Below, in pieces: positions 22,901-37,405 of a DNA stretch of 64,000 nt (position 1 is the first letter of the stretch; each line of letters begins with the position of its first letter). Both the position numbers and the translations under genes were made by a program. The notes beneath the pieces are model-generated. The model had not been told where the DNA came from and searched no databases. It saw only the letters and a program-made list of their open reading frames with translations. The DNA comes from Cyanophora paradoxa CCMP329. Lineage: Eukaryota > Plantae > Glaucophyta. Where the stretch lies: contig QPMI01000157.1 in the NCBI GenBank assembly GCA_004431415.1, positions 186,001 to 250,000 of the forward strand. The letters are read 5' to 3'.

Positions 22901-25900
22901 ATAGGCTGGGTCAAAATTTGATGCACGGTTGTAGGAGATGCAACGGCTTGACGATCTCGCCACGCCTCAAACAGCATCTGCCAAAGCGGTGGCAAATGCA
23001 ATCTTGGCAAGATGGCAGACACATCAAGCCCCAAAATGACATTAGCATAAGAGAATGGAGCCAACTGACGGTCTATTTGGTATTGAATATATTCCTTCCA
23101 AGGAGCTGAACAGGCCGGGTCGTTAAGGAAGGCAAGCCATTTAGATTTTAAAGCCAGCGAAAACGTAACAATATCTGGGCAATTTAATCCACCGTCTTTA
23201 AACGGAAGCGCCGTAACATATGTAGATACGGAGCCGCGTACACCCGAAAAGTTGCGGATTAAATTACTCCAAGCTTTATAACGATCACCTCCCGGTTCTA
23301 AAATATACAGCGGATAATGTAGTGATCCCACAATAGCAGCCCACGCAAGTAAAACACCAGAGCGTAGAGGCATCCGATTCCGGTTAACTGACTGTGCGCG
23401 CAGAACGAGAGCAGCAGTCTTTTTATTCCAAAACCGGTCATGCACTAGCTCCAGAGGGAACCCGAGATATTTGGCGATCTTGGCATCTGCGGAAATCTCA
23501 GAAGGATCAACCTTCATACGCTCAAAAGGACAATCAGGTGGAAGAGATAAATTTGAGTGCATGGGTAGTATATGCGATTTTTCGAGATTAATTTTCGCCC
23601 CTGTTAACCGTTGAAATTTCTTAATGAGAGCGTCCCAAATGGGGAATTCCGCAAAGGAGGCAATAAGGGGAACAGTATCATCAGCAAACTGGAGGACCTT
23701 GCATATGGACCGCCCAGAAATTTGCACCCCGCGTATACGGGGTTCAGTATCGATTAACATGATTAATAGATGCGCACACAAATTATATAGATATGGCGAT
23801 AGAGGACCACCCTGCCGGACTCCGCACCGGATGGGAAACCGAGGCGTTGTCCAGCCATTAATATGGATCATCCCCGACAGATCAGAATACAAAAGACGGA
23901 CCCAGTCAGTAAAGTATGACCCAAATCCATATTGATTCAAGGTCCAGAAAAGAAACTCCCAATTCACCCGATCATAGGCTTTGGAGAAATCAAGGAACCC
24001 CAAACAAAGTTCCTCGAGATCGGGATTATCCCCTCATAATACATCAATAAATATACGAGCATAAATTGATGCACCGCAGAACGTTTGGTGATAAAACCCG
24101 ACTGATATTTTGATATTAAGCGGGGCATGATAGGGGTCAAGCGGTTAGATAATGCCCGCTCGACTGCTCGCTCCTCTACATTCGATAGAGCGATAGGCCG
24201 ACGGTTAGTGACCAAAGTCGCATCCGTACCAGGTTTCGGAATTGGGACAATGAGGATATCTCGTAGCGAGCCAGGGCCGCCTTCCGATTATGCATAGCCT
24301 TAAGGTATTCCATAAAATCTGGACCAATGTCGCCCCAGAAAGTACTATAAAATTCAGGTACTAAACCATCAAGTCCAGGGGATTTTCTAAGCCCAGATAT
24401 ATCCTTAAACGATTGCAACAATTCATAGGCGGCCAGTGGGGTATCGAGATCCACGGCCTCCCGCGGAATGAGTTTATAAGGCGCATACAGTGACGCACAT
24501 TCAGCCCGTTCATCACGATGCGCCGCCACCACACTTTGAGCTTGCTGACCATCGTATAAATCAGCGAAATGAGCTGCCGACAACGTCATAAGCACAAAGG
24601 GATTATCAGAAGCATAAGAGGGATCCGGGGTGTTGGCCGGCCGGAGTTTATTCTCACATCCGGTCTCCTGCTCAGCAGTTCCGAAATAATGAGTGAAAAA
24701 CTCCCGCCTCGATGTGGCCTCGTTCTGACTTGAGAATAGCGAGTCAGCTTGAACGGCAGCCCTACACACTTGAGGCATGCGCTCCCGCAGCTCTCTATAA
24801 AGAGCAGAGCGGCCACTCAAGAAACTGTCCCGTAAGATCTCGCCCTGCGAATAGGCGGTGATGAGACGTTCGAGACGTTTCATGGCAGACCAGTAAGCCG
24901 ACTTATTCTTGCGCCGCTCAGTCGACTCCCACGCAGAGAGAGCAGTCTGTAGATACCGTTTAAGAGCTTCGAAGCGAAGAATAGAATCGGATGCAGGCGA
25001 AGGCCACTCAGCACGCCACATCTGAAAAACCTTCCGAATTTCAGCGAGATACGCTGGGTTCTTCCCATAAAGGTCCCATCGCATCTTCCAGCGACCCGGC
25101 CCACGCTGATGAACTGGAGGGGACAGCGTGAGTTGAATTCCAATGTGATCAGAAAGAGGCCTATCAAGATGTCTGGAAGTGTATTTCATCCATGGGACGA
25201 GCACTGGGTTCCATGCGAGTAGGGATTGAGAGACAAAGAAATAATCTAGACGAGATTCGACGGCCCCGAGGCTGCCTGGGCATTAGTCCGATAAAACGTT
25301 TTAAATCGATTAGACCGGCGCTCATCCGTACAAAGCGATGCAACATCCTGGAGTTGATATTGCGAGCAAACCGCTTCAAAGGATGCAGGGGGCGACACCC
25401 GCCCCGAAGTACTGTTCGCGTCAGAAGGCAAAAGGTGAAAGTTAAAATCACCACATAAGATTAAATGGGACCCCACAGGAACGACCGACTCCAGAGTATG
25501 ACACAATGTCTCGTAGAAGCCTAACCGTTCAGCATCCTGAACAGGTGCGTAAATGTTGCACAGGTAAATATTTACAGTTCCAGAGCGCAACAGGAACAGC
25601 TGCAGCCGGGAACTCTGTGCAGGAGCTAGCGAGGTAATGCTAAATCGCTTATTAGGGAAGAGAGTAGCTACACCTTGACTGGCAACTTCTGGATTGAAAG
25701 CCCAGTACGAAGGGGTAGCCCCCCACTTGCCTTTCAGAAAAGCAGCGTCTACTTTACTCGATACGTGAGTTTCCTGTAAACAAACTATGGATTTGCGAGA
25801 CTGTTCACGAGCACACTTAAGGAGATAATCAACGTGGTGCATACCAAGTGAAGCACAGAAGCTTGTGTCTCCTACTAATTTCCCTGCAACGTTCAGGGAG

Positions 25901-25917
25901 ACAATATTGATGGCCAT
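19960..25917 (-). CDS. LINE ORF2: APE endonuclease, reverse transcriptase, zf-RVT, plus C2H2 finger and Pro/Ser-rich extension (split by frameshifts)
   Basis: APE motifs SLNVAG, CLQETH, NIYAP, GDFN, SDH. RT motifs KSPGLDG, RPIALSN, LDFSKAYDRV, GVRQGGPLSP, QFADD. zf-RVT CRAC...HVFFDCP. C2H2 CPICGKNF...HVRADKH in 21005..21583. The extension beyond 21.5 kb is joined by inferred frameshifts. Confidence 0.85.
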
Positions 25918-26199
25918 AGTATGATCACGGTGGTTTAAAGAATCCAGAGAAAACTATGTACAAGCTTAAATTGAAGAAGGGCAAAATACGAGACGACCCT
26001 ACTTGCCAGTGCCAGAACCGGCACAAGTGCCAGAACCGGCACCCCGAACGCGTGTTGGAATTGTACGGCCGGCGGCAGCGATCTGCATGTTCGTCATCTC
26101 CGTGGGCAGGCCAGCGGGCTGCGCTCAGAAACAAGGTGAGGGCGAGTTGAAAAAAGTAATAAGAGTGCCAATTTATGAGATGTCTATGCATCGTATTTA

Positions 26200-27566
26200 A
26201 ACAGTAATCCAGTTTTAAAGCCCAGATCAGAACAATTGCAAGTTCAAGGTGCCGCAGCTGCAGCGCAGCCTTGGCATCATGCCGCAGCTGCAGTGCAGCT
26301 TTGGCAGTCCACAACCCCAACTGCAGCGCAGCCGGGGGGCCACCAACTGTACACCCCTATTAGATCTGAACAAAAGAAAGAGCTCACCGGGTCTATAGCC
26401 ATGTCCGAAGGGCCGCCAGCGGAGCCAGAGGGGCGGGAGGTGCGGCAGAGGCCTTCCCGGCCCGGGCTTGGAGAATGGCCTGAAGGGGAAGACAATGCGG
26501 TGGCAGGCTTGGAGAGCTGTCCGTCAGGCCCTGGCGGGGCGGAGAGCTCAAGGCCCATAGGACCAGTTGCCTCTGTCCAACGCGGGCCAGTTGCTGGGTA
26601 AGAATAAGTAAACTGATCAGCTGCAGGCTTATCTGCAGCTGCGCTGGGCCAGCTGCGGCTGTCTCCTTGCGGGCCGCCTTCTGAGGCCGGGACGCTGAGG
26701 ACGGAGTGGACGCGGCGGAGAGTTTGGAGGTATGAAATTCAGAGAGAGAGGGGTGATGGTCAGCTAGGGGATGAGGAAGGTGAGGCCGGCCTCCGCAACC
26801 ATACAGGCGGCAGTCCCGCCAGCTGGCCGCCACACGAAGCTCAAGCCCGTCGCCAAAGGTAACCGTATTAGGAAGAGCAACTTGCACATCGAGCGGGGCA
26901 GCTCAGAGAGATAGATCTTCATAATCCCGGCTGGCATGCCCCGCTGCTGATAATGAATGTGCCGGACTTTCAGGCCGCGCTGCGCCAGCCAATGGCGGAT
27001 AGGGTCCTCATCGGGCCGATGCTGAAACTTCTCAAGCCAGATCCAGTGATCCTGGCCCTGCGGGCGCTGAAGCGGCGGCTGGCCAGGGTCAGGAGGCAGA
27101 CCGCCCGCCGGCGGCGTCGGCTCACGGCCGACAATCCAAGCGGCCGCAAGAATGCCAAGGGCTGGAACGGCCAACTGGAGGCCAGCTGCACCGACCGATG
27201 TCAGGAACCGCTCACAATGCGCAGTACTACTGAAGATCACAAGAAACCGCGACCCCAGCGCGCGACCGAATGCGCTGGCTCGCTGGTAAGAGCGCTCACA
27301 CGCTCAGTGATCAGCTGCTGTAGCGCATCGAAGGCCGGCTGCGTGTAGAAGGTCCAAGCAGTCGGAGGAATGATGCTAGCATAACTGAAGGTTGGCGGAT
27401 AGAGCTGGGCGACGGTCGCAACAGTAACAAGCGTGAGCACTGTCAATGGCACAGCGCTAGTCGGAAACAGCCGCTGCCACTCCGCCTGCAGCGGGGCAAG
27501 GTCGAAGTTGGCTGTCGCCCGGTTCTGCTCTGATCGCGGCATACGCTCAAGCTCGTCTAGAGCCAC
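26200..27566 (-). CDS. LINE ORF1 (RNA-binding/gag-like), frameshifted fragments
   Basis: Consecutive fragments 27237..27566, 26764..27240 and 26393..26887 lie directly upstream of ORF2. They include an RRM-like segment (WIWLEKF...LKVRHIHY...IMKIYL) and a Cys/His cluster (CRLYGCGGRPH...HH). Confidence 0.6.
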
Positions 27567-28795
27567 AGATTACGATCCAGATGGTTGACGTGAGAGACGT
27601 GCACGCGTCTGGGCTAACAGACGCGCTCCCGCAGCGCGGGGGGGTACAATTCCCCCCAGTTGCTTTATATATATATAATTATAAATTATGTCGTATTGCT
27701 TAAACTTCGAGTTCTTCCGATTCTATATATTCTAGTTCTGACTCTCATTTGAGTTAGCTTGTCATGATCACCTCCAATATTGATTCCGGGATGCCGCGGA
27801 CTCCGGATCCGGGACGCACGCTGGAGGAAGGGGCCGGGGCAGGTTTAGGGTGCGAGAAGGGTGCGAAATCGCAGAGAAGGACAGCTCGCGCAGCCGCCGG
27901 GCCTGCCGCAGTGCAGAGCTTCCGCCCCGTCGATCGCAGATCTCGAGAAGGCCCCCGCCTGCAGACAGCGCTCATGATCAGCCGCCTGCAGAGAGCTTCC
28001 GCCCCGTCGCGCATTTGTCTCCGCCGTTCCGGTTCATCATAATCAATATCCTGTCAGCGTGCTGACGAGATACTCGCTATATAGCTAAGCCTGACTCTCA
28101 TGATCATGATCAGTGATACAGCTCGGGATCCAGGAGCTCGAGGCCTATGCCATGATGCAAATGGGGAATCGATTCTATGGGAAATTGAGGCCTTGAATAT
28201 TAGTTGAATTCCGCACCGCCCATGGCCACTGTACATGTACGTCCATTTTAACGTCAAGGTGAAGAATTCGAACGAATCTTAGTCAAGACCTAGGTGCCGG
28301 GGTTGGCGCCCTGGCGCCCTCGCCCCGCGCGATTTGAATTCGCACTGCAGCTGTGCGTACACATGATACGTGATTCGAAATTTGGAATTCCAAACCTTGG
28401 GGTCAAAAGGATCGAATGGGCCGGGCTCCGGAGCCAGCACATATGAAACTAAAGCCGTACGCGTGCCTCTACTTATTAGACTAAAGACTAAATCAAAGCA
28501 ACATAAATCACGATGGTCATCACGGGTCAAAGCGTCGAAAACGTTACCATCTAGACACTAACTGTGCTCTACCTGTAACCAGGGGGCTCGACACAAGGGG
28601 CTGTGCACGTGCCGCGACCGCGGTTTGAGATCAATTACCAACCTACATCTATAGCTAGCTACCAATCGCGAGCAGGGATCTGTACATCCATGGGCGATTA
28701 ATATTTCCGCAGCACGTAGCCCATGGCCACGTGCACCGTATAAAACTATAGAGAGCGCGGGCTCAAGAGTTAGATGGTGTCCGATGGTCTCGAAT

Positions 28796-31700
28796 CTACA
28801 GGTGGACGCTGGTGCCGAACGTGGGGTACCGCTGGTCAGCGTTGACGTTGCTCTCCATGTCGCCCTTCCCTCCGCGGGCGTTGGGTCTCGCCCGCTTGCG
28901 CTCGTCGCTCCGGCGGCGGATGTACCTGTCCGACCATCGCGGCGTGGTGAGCGTCCCGCAGATCTAGAGCTCTCAGCTTCGACTTCGCACCAGACGACGG
29001 CGGCGATGAGCGCCGCGCCCCCCACACCGCCGACGACGCCGCCGATGATCGCGCCGGAGTTCGTCCCGTCGCCGCCGCCGGTCGCCGTCGTCTGGGACGC
29101 GCCTCCGGCAGCTGCGTTGGAGCCGGAGCCGGAGCCCGAGCCCTGGACGCAGCCGGCTCCCGGGCAGGCCGGGAGGAAGGTGATCCCGCCGATCGTGCGG
29201 GGCACGGTGGTCGACCGCAGAGCCCGCAGCAGCGTCGCTACCAGCGCGTCCGTCGCCGCCTGCGACTGCGTTGACGTGACCTGTGCGGCGGAAAAGCCAA
29301 TCCGAAACAGTGAGCAAGAGCAGCAGCTGCGATAATTATGGAGCACCTCCCCGTTGACGATGACGGACCCTCGCACGAGCGACAGGATCTGCGGTCGACG
29401 TCAGCGTTCATATATATGCATAGACCCGAAATTAAACCTTAAACGGTGAAAAGGACGCGTGCATGCGCATGCGCACCCGCACGGCGCCCTTCTGGAGGCC
29501 CAGGACGGACTCGAACCACGCCCCGAGCTCGTCCTTGACGGTCTGGTTCGTGAAGAACGCGTCCGGCGGCGACTGCGTCGTGTTGAACGTGTACCGGAAG
29601 GGGCCTGCGGGGCGGGCGCGCGTAAGTGCACGCGTGTGCACACATCAGCGCTGGCTTGGCTGCGCACTGGCGAAGGAGCAGGAGAGGCTGTCCGCAATTG
29701 CAGAGGAGGAGGACGAGCAGAAAGCGGGCGCCGTGCACGTGCCAGCGCACCACACGCATTGCGCTGCACGTGTGCACACAAATATAATTGAGTTTAGACC
29801 AGCGCAAGTGGTTTATAGATCAGATCGACGTCGACGGCTCCGTTCGAGATCTAAGCCCGTCTTACCGGACGAAGTGGCGGTGCAGGCGGTGCAGGACGTC
29901 GCGACGGCGCAGGAGCTGTTGAGGCCCCCGAGGATTGCCCCCGCCCCGGGAAGGTTCGGAATCAGCTCTGCGCGTCGACGTTTACGTGTGCGCACGGGGC
30001 TCGCTTGAGATTTACAGCCGGCGGGCGGAACGCACGGACGTCGGTGATGGAGTCATCGCCCATCGACACGGCCCCTGCCGCCCCCGGAATGTTGACCTGC
30101 GCCGCACCCACCGCGGCGCGATAGCGATGAATAGAAGTACGACAGGCCCAGAAAAGCGCCGGATACGCACTGCAGCGAGCCCGCTGGAGACGGGAACGTC
30201 GCCGAAAGAGAACGTTTCTCCCCGCAGCGTCGCGCTGTTGACCGCCGACTGGATCGAGCTCGTCACCTTGCCATCAGAAATTATAACTCGCAAGCGAGTG
30301 CAGCCGGCGCGTGCGCGAGAGACGGAAGAGCGCGCACAGAGGCGGCGTCGGAGCCCGGGGCGCTCTGGACGGCGACGGTGACCGCGACGCTGCCGGCGAG
30401 CAGCCGGCGCCGCCGGGCGACGTCCTGCGAGACGCGCCGGCTTGAGCTTTGATCGCATGGCGTGCCGAGCAGAGCGCGACGGGCGATTTTGAGGCGCACC
30501 TCGATGTAGAGGATGCGGAGGCGGCCGGGCGGAATCTTGAACTGCCTCGCGATGGCCTGGAGGAACTTGACCTGCTTCTCTGCCGTGAAGTCCGCCCTGC
30601 ACAGGCGGAGCGAAGTCTCGGCCGGACGCAAAGAAAGCTTAGACCGAGCAGGCGAGAGCGCACCTGCTGATGCCGAGGGCGAGCGTGACGTTCATCGACA
30701 GGCTCGCGGCGGGCAGCGACGAGGCCTGCAAAGAGAGTGAGCGATCCTGTCTGCAGGGCGAGAGTTCTGGAGCCTTGAAGTTCGAGCCGGGCGCGCCTCG
30801 GTGCGGACGAGGTTGTCGGGGGTGCGGGGTGCTTCGCCGACGACCATCTGCTCCAGGGGCATCGGGAGGCACACCTTCGCCTTCGCCTCCTTCATCGCCG
30901 CCCGCCCCGCCCGCGCCGCCTGCACAAATTCAAAGGGAAAGAAAGCGGAATTGAGAGCCGCGACGTCGACACGAAGGATATATAGCGGGCACGCGGGCCG
31001 CTCGCCTGGAGGTTGAGGAGGTCGCGCCAGAGGACGGCGGACGAGGCGGGGACGGTGGCGGGGCACGTCCCCTCCAGCAGCTCGTGCACCTCCGGCCCGA
31101 ACTGGAAGACCGTCGCCTCCTCCGAGATCGCCGGGCTCTCTTTCACGGCCGCGCGGGTGTACAGCGCATTCTCTGTGTGCCAGTGCCAGGCCTGGGAGGG
31201 CGAACGTTTTGCGTTCAATTATCCCCCCAAACGCGCTTGCGACATTAAATGCATATGATTGTGAGTGTTGAAGCAGAGTTGAAGATGCTTACCCTCACGT
31301 TCCTGCAAAACGATGCAGCACGCGTACGTGTCAGATATCGCGATTGATTGCAATCGAAGAACACGCACAGAGTGTAAATGTTCCGGATGAGCGAGTACAG
31401 AGACGTGAAGGGAGCACGGGCCACGTCCCCGAGGAGCGGCACCTCGGTGAAGACGACGATGCGCGAGATGCTGTCCAGGACGCTCTCCGCGCTAGCTCTA
31501 GTGCTAGTACCGGTGTAAGTGGGAGCCATAGAGGCCCCGAACTTTCCATCGTTGCAAGCACACGTCGGGCCGTCGTAGCATGTGCCTCCTGTACCGATGC
31601 CGGTAGAAGTGGACAAACACGTTGAAGTCTGACCACGTCGACTGTAGCTAGGCTGGCAGTAGCACGACCTGTCGGTGGTCTTGGGGATCGAGACGTAGGC

Positions 31701-34700
31701 TTGCGATATTCCTTCGTTGCATTCACATGTTCCGCCGGAGCAAGATTCAGTAGCACCTGAGCCGTCGACAAAAGTCTTCCTCAAGCAAGTTCCGCCGCTC
31801 GGAGAACATGAGCAGGAAAGGAGGACGGTCTCGCGGGAAGTCGATCTCGTCTCGAGGAACGTGGAGTCCGGGATCGACGTGCAGCTTGCGGCGTAGTGCG
31901 CTCGCGCTGGAGAGCCGTCCGCGCAGACAGCTGCAACTTCATTACACGAACTTGACTTGAATGAAGCAGGCACAATTGCCCGGTTGAATAAGTCGGGATA
32001 ATATGTCATCGGGTAGAATGTAGGTATGCTTGTGTCGCTCGCCGATCGCGAGAGGAGAGGCGGCCAGTAGCCGGCAGGCGAGGCGCAGCTGGGGCAGGCG
32101 AACTTCCACTCTCCCAGCTGGCCGTTCTTCCAGCTGCGGTGAAGGCTGCATGCATATGCGGTCGGGGCTTGAGTCAGGCGCCGACGCGAAAAAAAAGGTT
32201 TTTGCATGCGTGTCACGATATAAAGTCTCGAAGCTTAAGTACAAGACGCACCTGCAGTCTTCGTATTCCCTGCTTGCTGGATCGCTAGGCGCACTGATTC
32301 CAGGAAAGGAGAATGACGCGATTGCTCCATTCGATACATTCCGCGGCTGCCCATTCGGAGTTCTTTGCCATGATTCAAAAATTAGAGATGCGAATCGTCA
32401 ATCAGACAATTTTCAATCACTTACGGGTAGAAGTAAAATGTGCCTTGTGTGTAAGTCGGGAAGAAGGTGCTGCATCCCGGCGGACGGGGTCGTACATCCA
32501 GACTCGCCGAGCAGTTGTTTATCAGACCTCCATTGAAATAGGGCATTCTAATCCGGAACACGCTCCCCGGCTGAATTAGATTACCATTTGCATTGCCGAA
32601 CAAACTGACATATGTTATCTCGCTTTCAGTTGTCTCCTGCACGACGTCCCCATACACTGTCGTCCCGTTGACGTAGGTTGTACTGACACGGTAGCGCTTG
32701 GCGTGGAACGACAAAGCCGTGTGCAGGTCAAGAAGCAGAGGATATGGAGCCGCGGCGGAGTATGCAACGTCCGCCGACTGCGGGGCAAGCGTAGTTATTA
32801 CGACAACACAGTTGATGACAAGTTTGAAATCAAGCACATAGTGCGCTGTCGTGAATGACCTCTCTGGGAGTTCAGCATACGTCGAGGTAATTCCCACTAT
32901 GTTAATCAGGTTTCGCTTGAACGCTTCTTCGGTGCGTATCCTGCGCATTCATACAGGAATTATCGAATGGTATGGTATACGTGTATATATATATATGTTC
33001 AAGCAGCACTGGCACTCACACTTCATAGCATCTCGAATGGCTGTCGCCCCCTCTTGCAGCCCACTCGCCGGTGAAAGGGGTCACTCTGCACGCGTCCCCA
33101 AATTAAAGTGTAAACATTACGCTTTTAAAATTCCAAAAGCGCATTGCATGCGAGGCCTCGTGATTTTTAAAAGCTTAAAGAGTGCACGAGAAGTGCACAC
33201 TCACCTGCGATTGCTCACGCAAGCAGCCGAGTAGGAAGGCTTAGCGAGGGTCCGAGAGTCCAACACGGTAGCAGGAGTGCTGGTATTCATGATCAGCTCC
33301 ACCTGCGTGCGCAATCGCATATAGCGATCTTCAGCTTAAAACAGTTTGTCGAGCTCGGGTGCAGGCTGGTATACGTAGGGGCACTTTTGCGAGCGAGGCG
33401 AAATCGAGGCGGAATGTGTGCGGAGGATATCGCGATTGGAAAGTTTCATTGAACAGTGGCTGCGCCCGCGTGCAGTCTTAGTCAGCCGCGGCCATATATA
33501 GATTCGTCGTCGAAAGCCTCCAACTTGCTTCTGCAGTAGCTGCACTCACGAAATTGAAGGCGCCGTCGCTGTAGACGGAGGAGTCGTTGAAGGCCGGAAA
33601 CTCAGCGGCTGATCTCAAGGCGTTCCATGAGGACCACGACCACGAATCCTGGGTGGTTTCTCGGAGCTCGTACTTTAAATCGGTATTGGACCCGGCGTTA
33701 GCGTTTCCCAGGCAGTTCCCGATGCCCGTGTTGAACTTGTACCCGTCGCTCAGGTACGTGCCGATGCACTCGACCCTCGTTACGGGTATCACGTTGTCCG
33801 ACGCGTCCTTGAACCTCACTCCCACGTTCTGCAGGCCGACCGACACGCGCTTGTAGTGGTCCGTGACTTGGTACTTCATCGCGATGTTGACCGTTCTGCG
33901 AATGCAACGTGGATATTCGAGTTCCGTGATGACGAGTCAATCAGCACACTCACATCGCGCATTCAGCAGTAGCCAGACAAGCGGGGCCCGTGCTGATTTT
34001 AATTTCGTCCAGCGCAAGTGGGATGACTCCCGGTTGCGGGGCGGAGAGGGGCCCGTTACTGCAAACGTTCAATGCTGCGCGAGAGCATAAAATTGCGGAT
34101 GCGGCGCACCCCCAGAGGGCGTTGGAGATGAGGTCGTAGAGCCTGATGAAGCCGACGGGGAGGCCGAGGAACTCCTCCAGGGGCGCCTCCACGTTCTCGC
34201 ACACGCCCGCGCCCCCGCACGCCGCGCTCGTGTCGCACCCCTGCGCATGCGGAGCCGCGTCAAGAGGGCGGAGAGAGCGGCTCGACCCGAGCTGCTTGCG
34301 ATTGTCGCAGCGCGCCTGGTGGATGGTGAAGTGATCCGCCCCCGTGCCTACGTTGCGGCCGCGGAGAAAGGTTTAGACTCAGCGTGTCTGGAGTCAGGGT
34401 CTGCGAGGGGCGGGCGCACCGGAGACGCCGAGCTCAAAGGCGGCGAGGCCGGACGGCTCGCCGTGGCACTGCGCGAGCCCCGCCTCCGCCTTCAGGTCCT
34501 TCGGCAGGAACTTGGCTGCCGCGAGGCGGGCAAGGCCGCGAACGTTAGCGCTCGACGTCGGTGGCGGATGCGGAGGGCGCGGGGCGCGCGGGGGCACCGA
34601 TCCTGGCGAGGCAGTAGCCCTTTTCGGCGATCGCGTCGAGGCTGCAGTCCGTGGTCCTCACGTCGAAGAGCGTCGCGTTCTCGCTCGCGTAGTAGCTCGT

Positions 34701-37405
34701 CAGCGCCGGCTTCGGCGGCTTCCCCGCCGCGTTCGTGAACGTCGACCTGCACCGGCCGTGCAGACTTTACTTTAGCACGGAATTCGAGCGCGCGCCGGGG
34801 CGGGCGCGGTGGACAGCGCGCGCACAGGAGGTAGCCGGCGCTCCACGGCAAGTAGTACACGAGCTGGCCTGGGCTCAGGCTGACCGACCGCGCCGCATAG
34901 CGCGCCGTCTGCGAGAGAGCATCGACCACAAAACAGGCTTCATCCCAATAGAGTCGCGTCAGGCACCTGCAGGCCCTTGACGTACTCGCCGAGCCAGGCG
35001 GCCGCGGGGCGGGCGATGGGCAAGCGTGCCGAGACGCCGAAGTTCATGAGGCCGACGTGGATGCCGCCTGCAGACACTCGCACGTTCGGCCGGAGAGCGC
35101 TGCGGGCGTTGCGGGCGGGGGACGGACCCTCGCAGTCGAAGGCGAGGAGCTTGGTGACGGGCTCCTTCTTGTCCATGACCACGCGGATGCCCGAGTACGC
35201 GATGTCCCGCCCTTGCTTGCGCGCCTCGGAGACGGCCGACTCCCCGCTCGCCAGCTTCCCTGCCCGCAGGTGTCATTGCGGAAGGGAAGCTACCGAGCGC
35301 GGGCCCAAGGCGGACCGTCCCAGGATGAGACCTGCGAGCAGACCGTGACGCCGGTCGTGTCCAAGGGCGCGACGCAGCCCATGATGTCCTTTGCGAGGTA
35401 CTGGTAGATCGGCCACTGGCTGCAGACGGAGCGTCAGCCCCACCGGCATGCTTGCAGCAGAGACGCAAGGCCAGGCCATTGTTGCGCACACGGACTCCAG
35501 TGAGAAGTACGGAGTTTTGAACGAGGGGGAGAACAAGGTGCTGTTGCGGTACAGCAGCTCGGCGTTGGCGGTCGCGGTGATGCCGAGCCTCGCTGCGGAA
35601 GGACCGGCCACGCATCAGCGCGCGCGGACGTTTCCAACGGGGCGAACGCACGGGCAGTGACGACGCAGGCCTTGTACGAGACGGTCTGCCGGGGCGGGGG
35701 TCACGAGAGGGGCGGGCCTGCGCAAGGAGCGCGGGGGGAGAGGGGCGCGCCTCGGTCGGGGCGAGGCCGTGGAGGGAGCGGTAGTAGTTGAGGAGGTCGC
35801 GCATCACGCCCGCCACCAGGCCCTCCGCGTCATCCCCGTCGTACATGCCCAGGCCCTGCCGCCCGCCGCGACGCCCTCGAGTTAGCATCTTACTGCTGGA
35901 GCAGGGGCCGGGCCGACGAGGGGCGGGGGGGATGGGGACCTTGAGGAAGGTGAAGACCTGCTTCTGCGTCGGGCTCTCGAAGACGTTGAGGCAGACGGAG
36001 CCCGTGTCAGACGCGCTCGCGCGGCAGTCCGCGTCGCTCTGGCGCCCTCTTCAGCAGCGGATCGGACCGCGGCCGCGGCCGGGACCGGCCTGCAAGTCGC
36101 CGGGCACGCGGCAATTGAAGGCTTTCGGGATCGGGCGCACCGAGCAGGGGCGGAGGAAGTGGGAGCACATGCTGCCCTCGCAGCCGATCGAGATGAAGGG
36201 CAGGCTCGTCGCCGGGCAGAGCTCGTACGCGACCTAATGTTATGCCGTACGGGCGTCAGAGAAATCGCCGAGAACTAAAACTGATAGCGACTATAGCTAA
36301 CTACGGGCTCGTCGCTTAAGCTTTCTATAGTCTGAAGCTAGCACATTAATATATTCTATAATTAATTATTCAAAATTAAAAGATATACTCAATTACCTTG
36401 AACACGGCTCCGACGGTGGCGCGGGCGTCGATGGTCATGAAGCAGGGCCCGTTCCCAGAACAAGTGTCTGATCACGTGGCAAAGTCAGCAGCGCGCTCGA
36501 TCGCGATTGCGAGTCTGGAGCCCATGCATGTATGCATATATATGGCCAGCGCGCACCGGGGAGCCAGGCCTGCGGGGAGGGGTTGGCGTTGTAGAACGCG
36601 TTCCAGAAGAATGGGAGGCCCATGTACGTCTTGCGCATCGCCTTCCGCGCCGCCTCCGGCAGAACTGCACGGGGCCGACCGCGACCGAGAAAGCGCGCGT
36701 CAGCACACATATGCATACAGCTGCAGCCGATCGCGAGAAGGCCTGGGTGGGCGGGTCGCGCACTGGCGAAGCCCTTGCGGGCGACGGCGCGGAAGACGTT
36801 GACGACGGCCTGGGGCCCGAAGCCCCAGCCGGTCGCCCAGTCGGAGTCCGTGAGCTGCGAGGAGGAGCCCGCCTGCTCCCGCTCCATCATGCACTTGAAC
36901 CGGTCCTTCAGCTTTTCTGCGCGCCCCGGCCCCGTCGGGCCGGGCCCCCGGCCGCAGCTGCAGGCCGCCGGCCCCGGGACGGATATATGTCTCATATGTA
37001 TATACGGATCATCGGATGATCCGACGATCATGATCATATACGTATATACATGCATGATCAAGCGTGCGGGCCGGCGCCTAGCCATAGCTATATATATAGG
37101 GGCGGCCGCTCGCGGCCGCAGGCATATGCATTCATACTATATGATCTTAACCGAAATACGCATTGGGGCGCCGCGGCCGGCGCACTTGTGAAGAGCTCGG
37201 CGGTGCCGGAGCCCTTGAGGAGGCGGCTGAGGTCGAGGCTTGCGTTCATGAAACCGGTGGGGAAGGCGTGCAGGCGGGCGCCGCAGTCGAGGCGGAGGAG
37301 CTCGTTCCCGACGGCCGCCGGCGCCGGCGGTGCCGAAGCCGACGAGGCCTCCGCGCACGGCGCGAGGGCGACCGCCGCTATCACCAGCCCGATCGCGAGG
37401 ACCAT
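28796..37405 (-). CDS. Large secreted/type I membrane protein with Cys-rich and SEA-like segments (possibly more than one gene)
   Basis: Signal peptide MVLAIGLVIAAVALAPCAEA at 37405, then a chain of minus-strand exons. Cys-rich block at 31.3-32.1 kb. SEA-like FLQAIARQFKIPPGRLRILYIE and VRGSVIVNGEV. TM GAIIGGVVGGVGGAALIAAVVW, then basic tail YIRRRSDERK...VHL*. Single-gene status is unproven. Confidence 0.45.

Larger units (their letters stand above)
19845..27630 (-). mobile_element. Non-LTR retrotransposon (L1/Tx1-like LINE), apparently full length
   Basis: Abrupt GC drop and no introns. Order is ORF1, ORF2 (APE-RT-Zn), 3' stem-loop and poly(A) (T12 at 19845-19856). Inserted about 43 bp after the host stop at 19802. 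The 5' boundary is approximate and no TSD was identified. Confidence 0.9.

Noticed and set aside
19960-27566. Programmed frameshifting or pseudogenisation of the LINE
   Set aside because: Most breaks checked are single-base losses in homopolymers, as expected from unpolished long reads in repeats. This cannot be called biological without reads.
27600-27720. Target-site duplication for the LINE
   Set aside because: No convincing match to the sequence flanking the poly(T) at 19845 was found, so the 5' boundary is left approximate.
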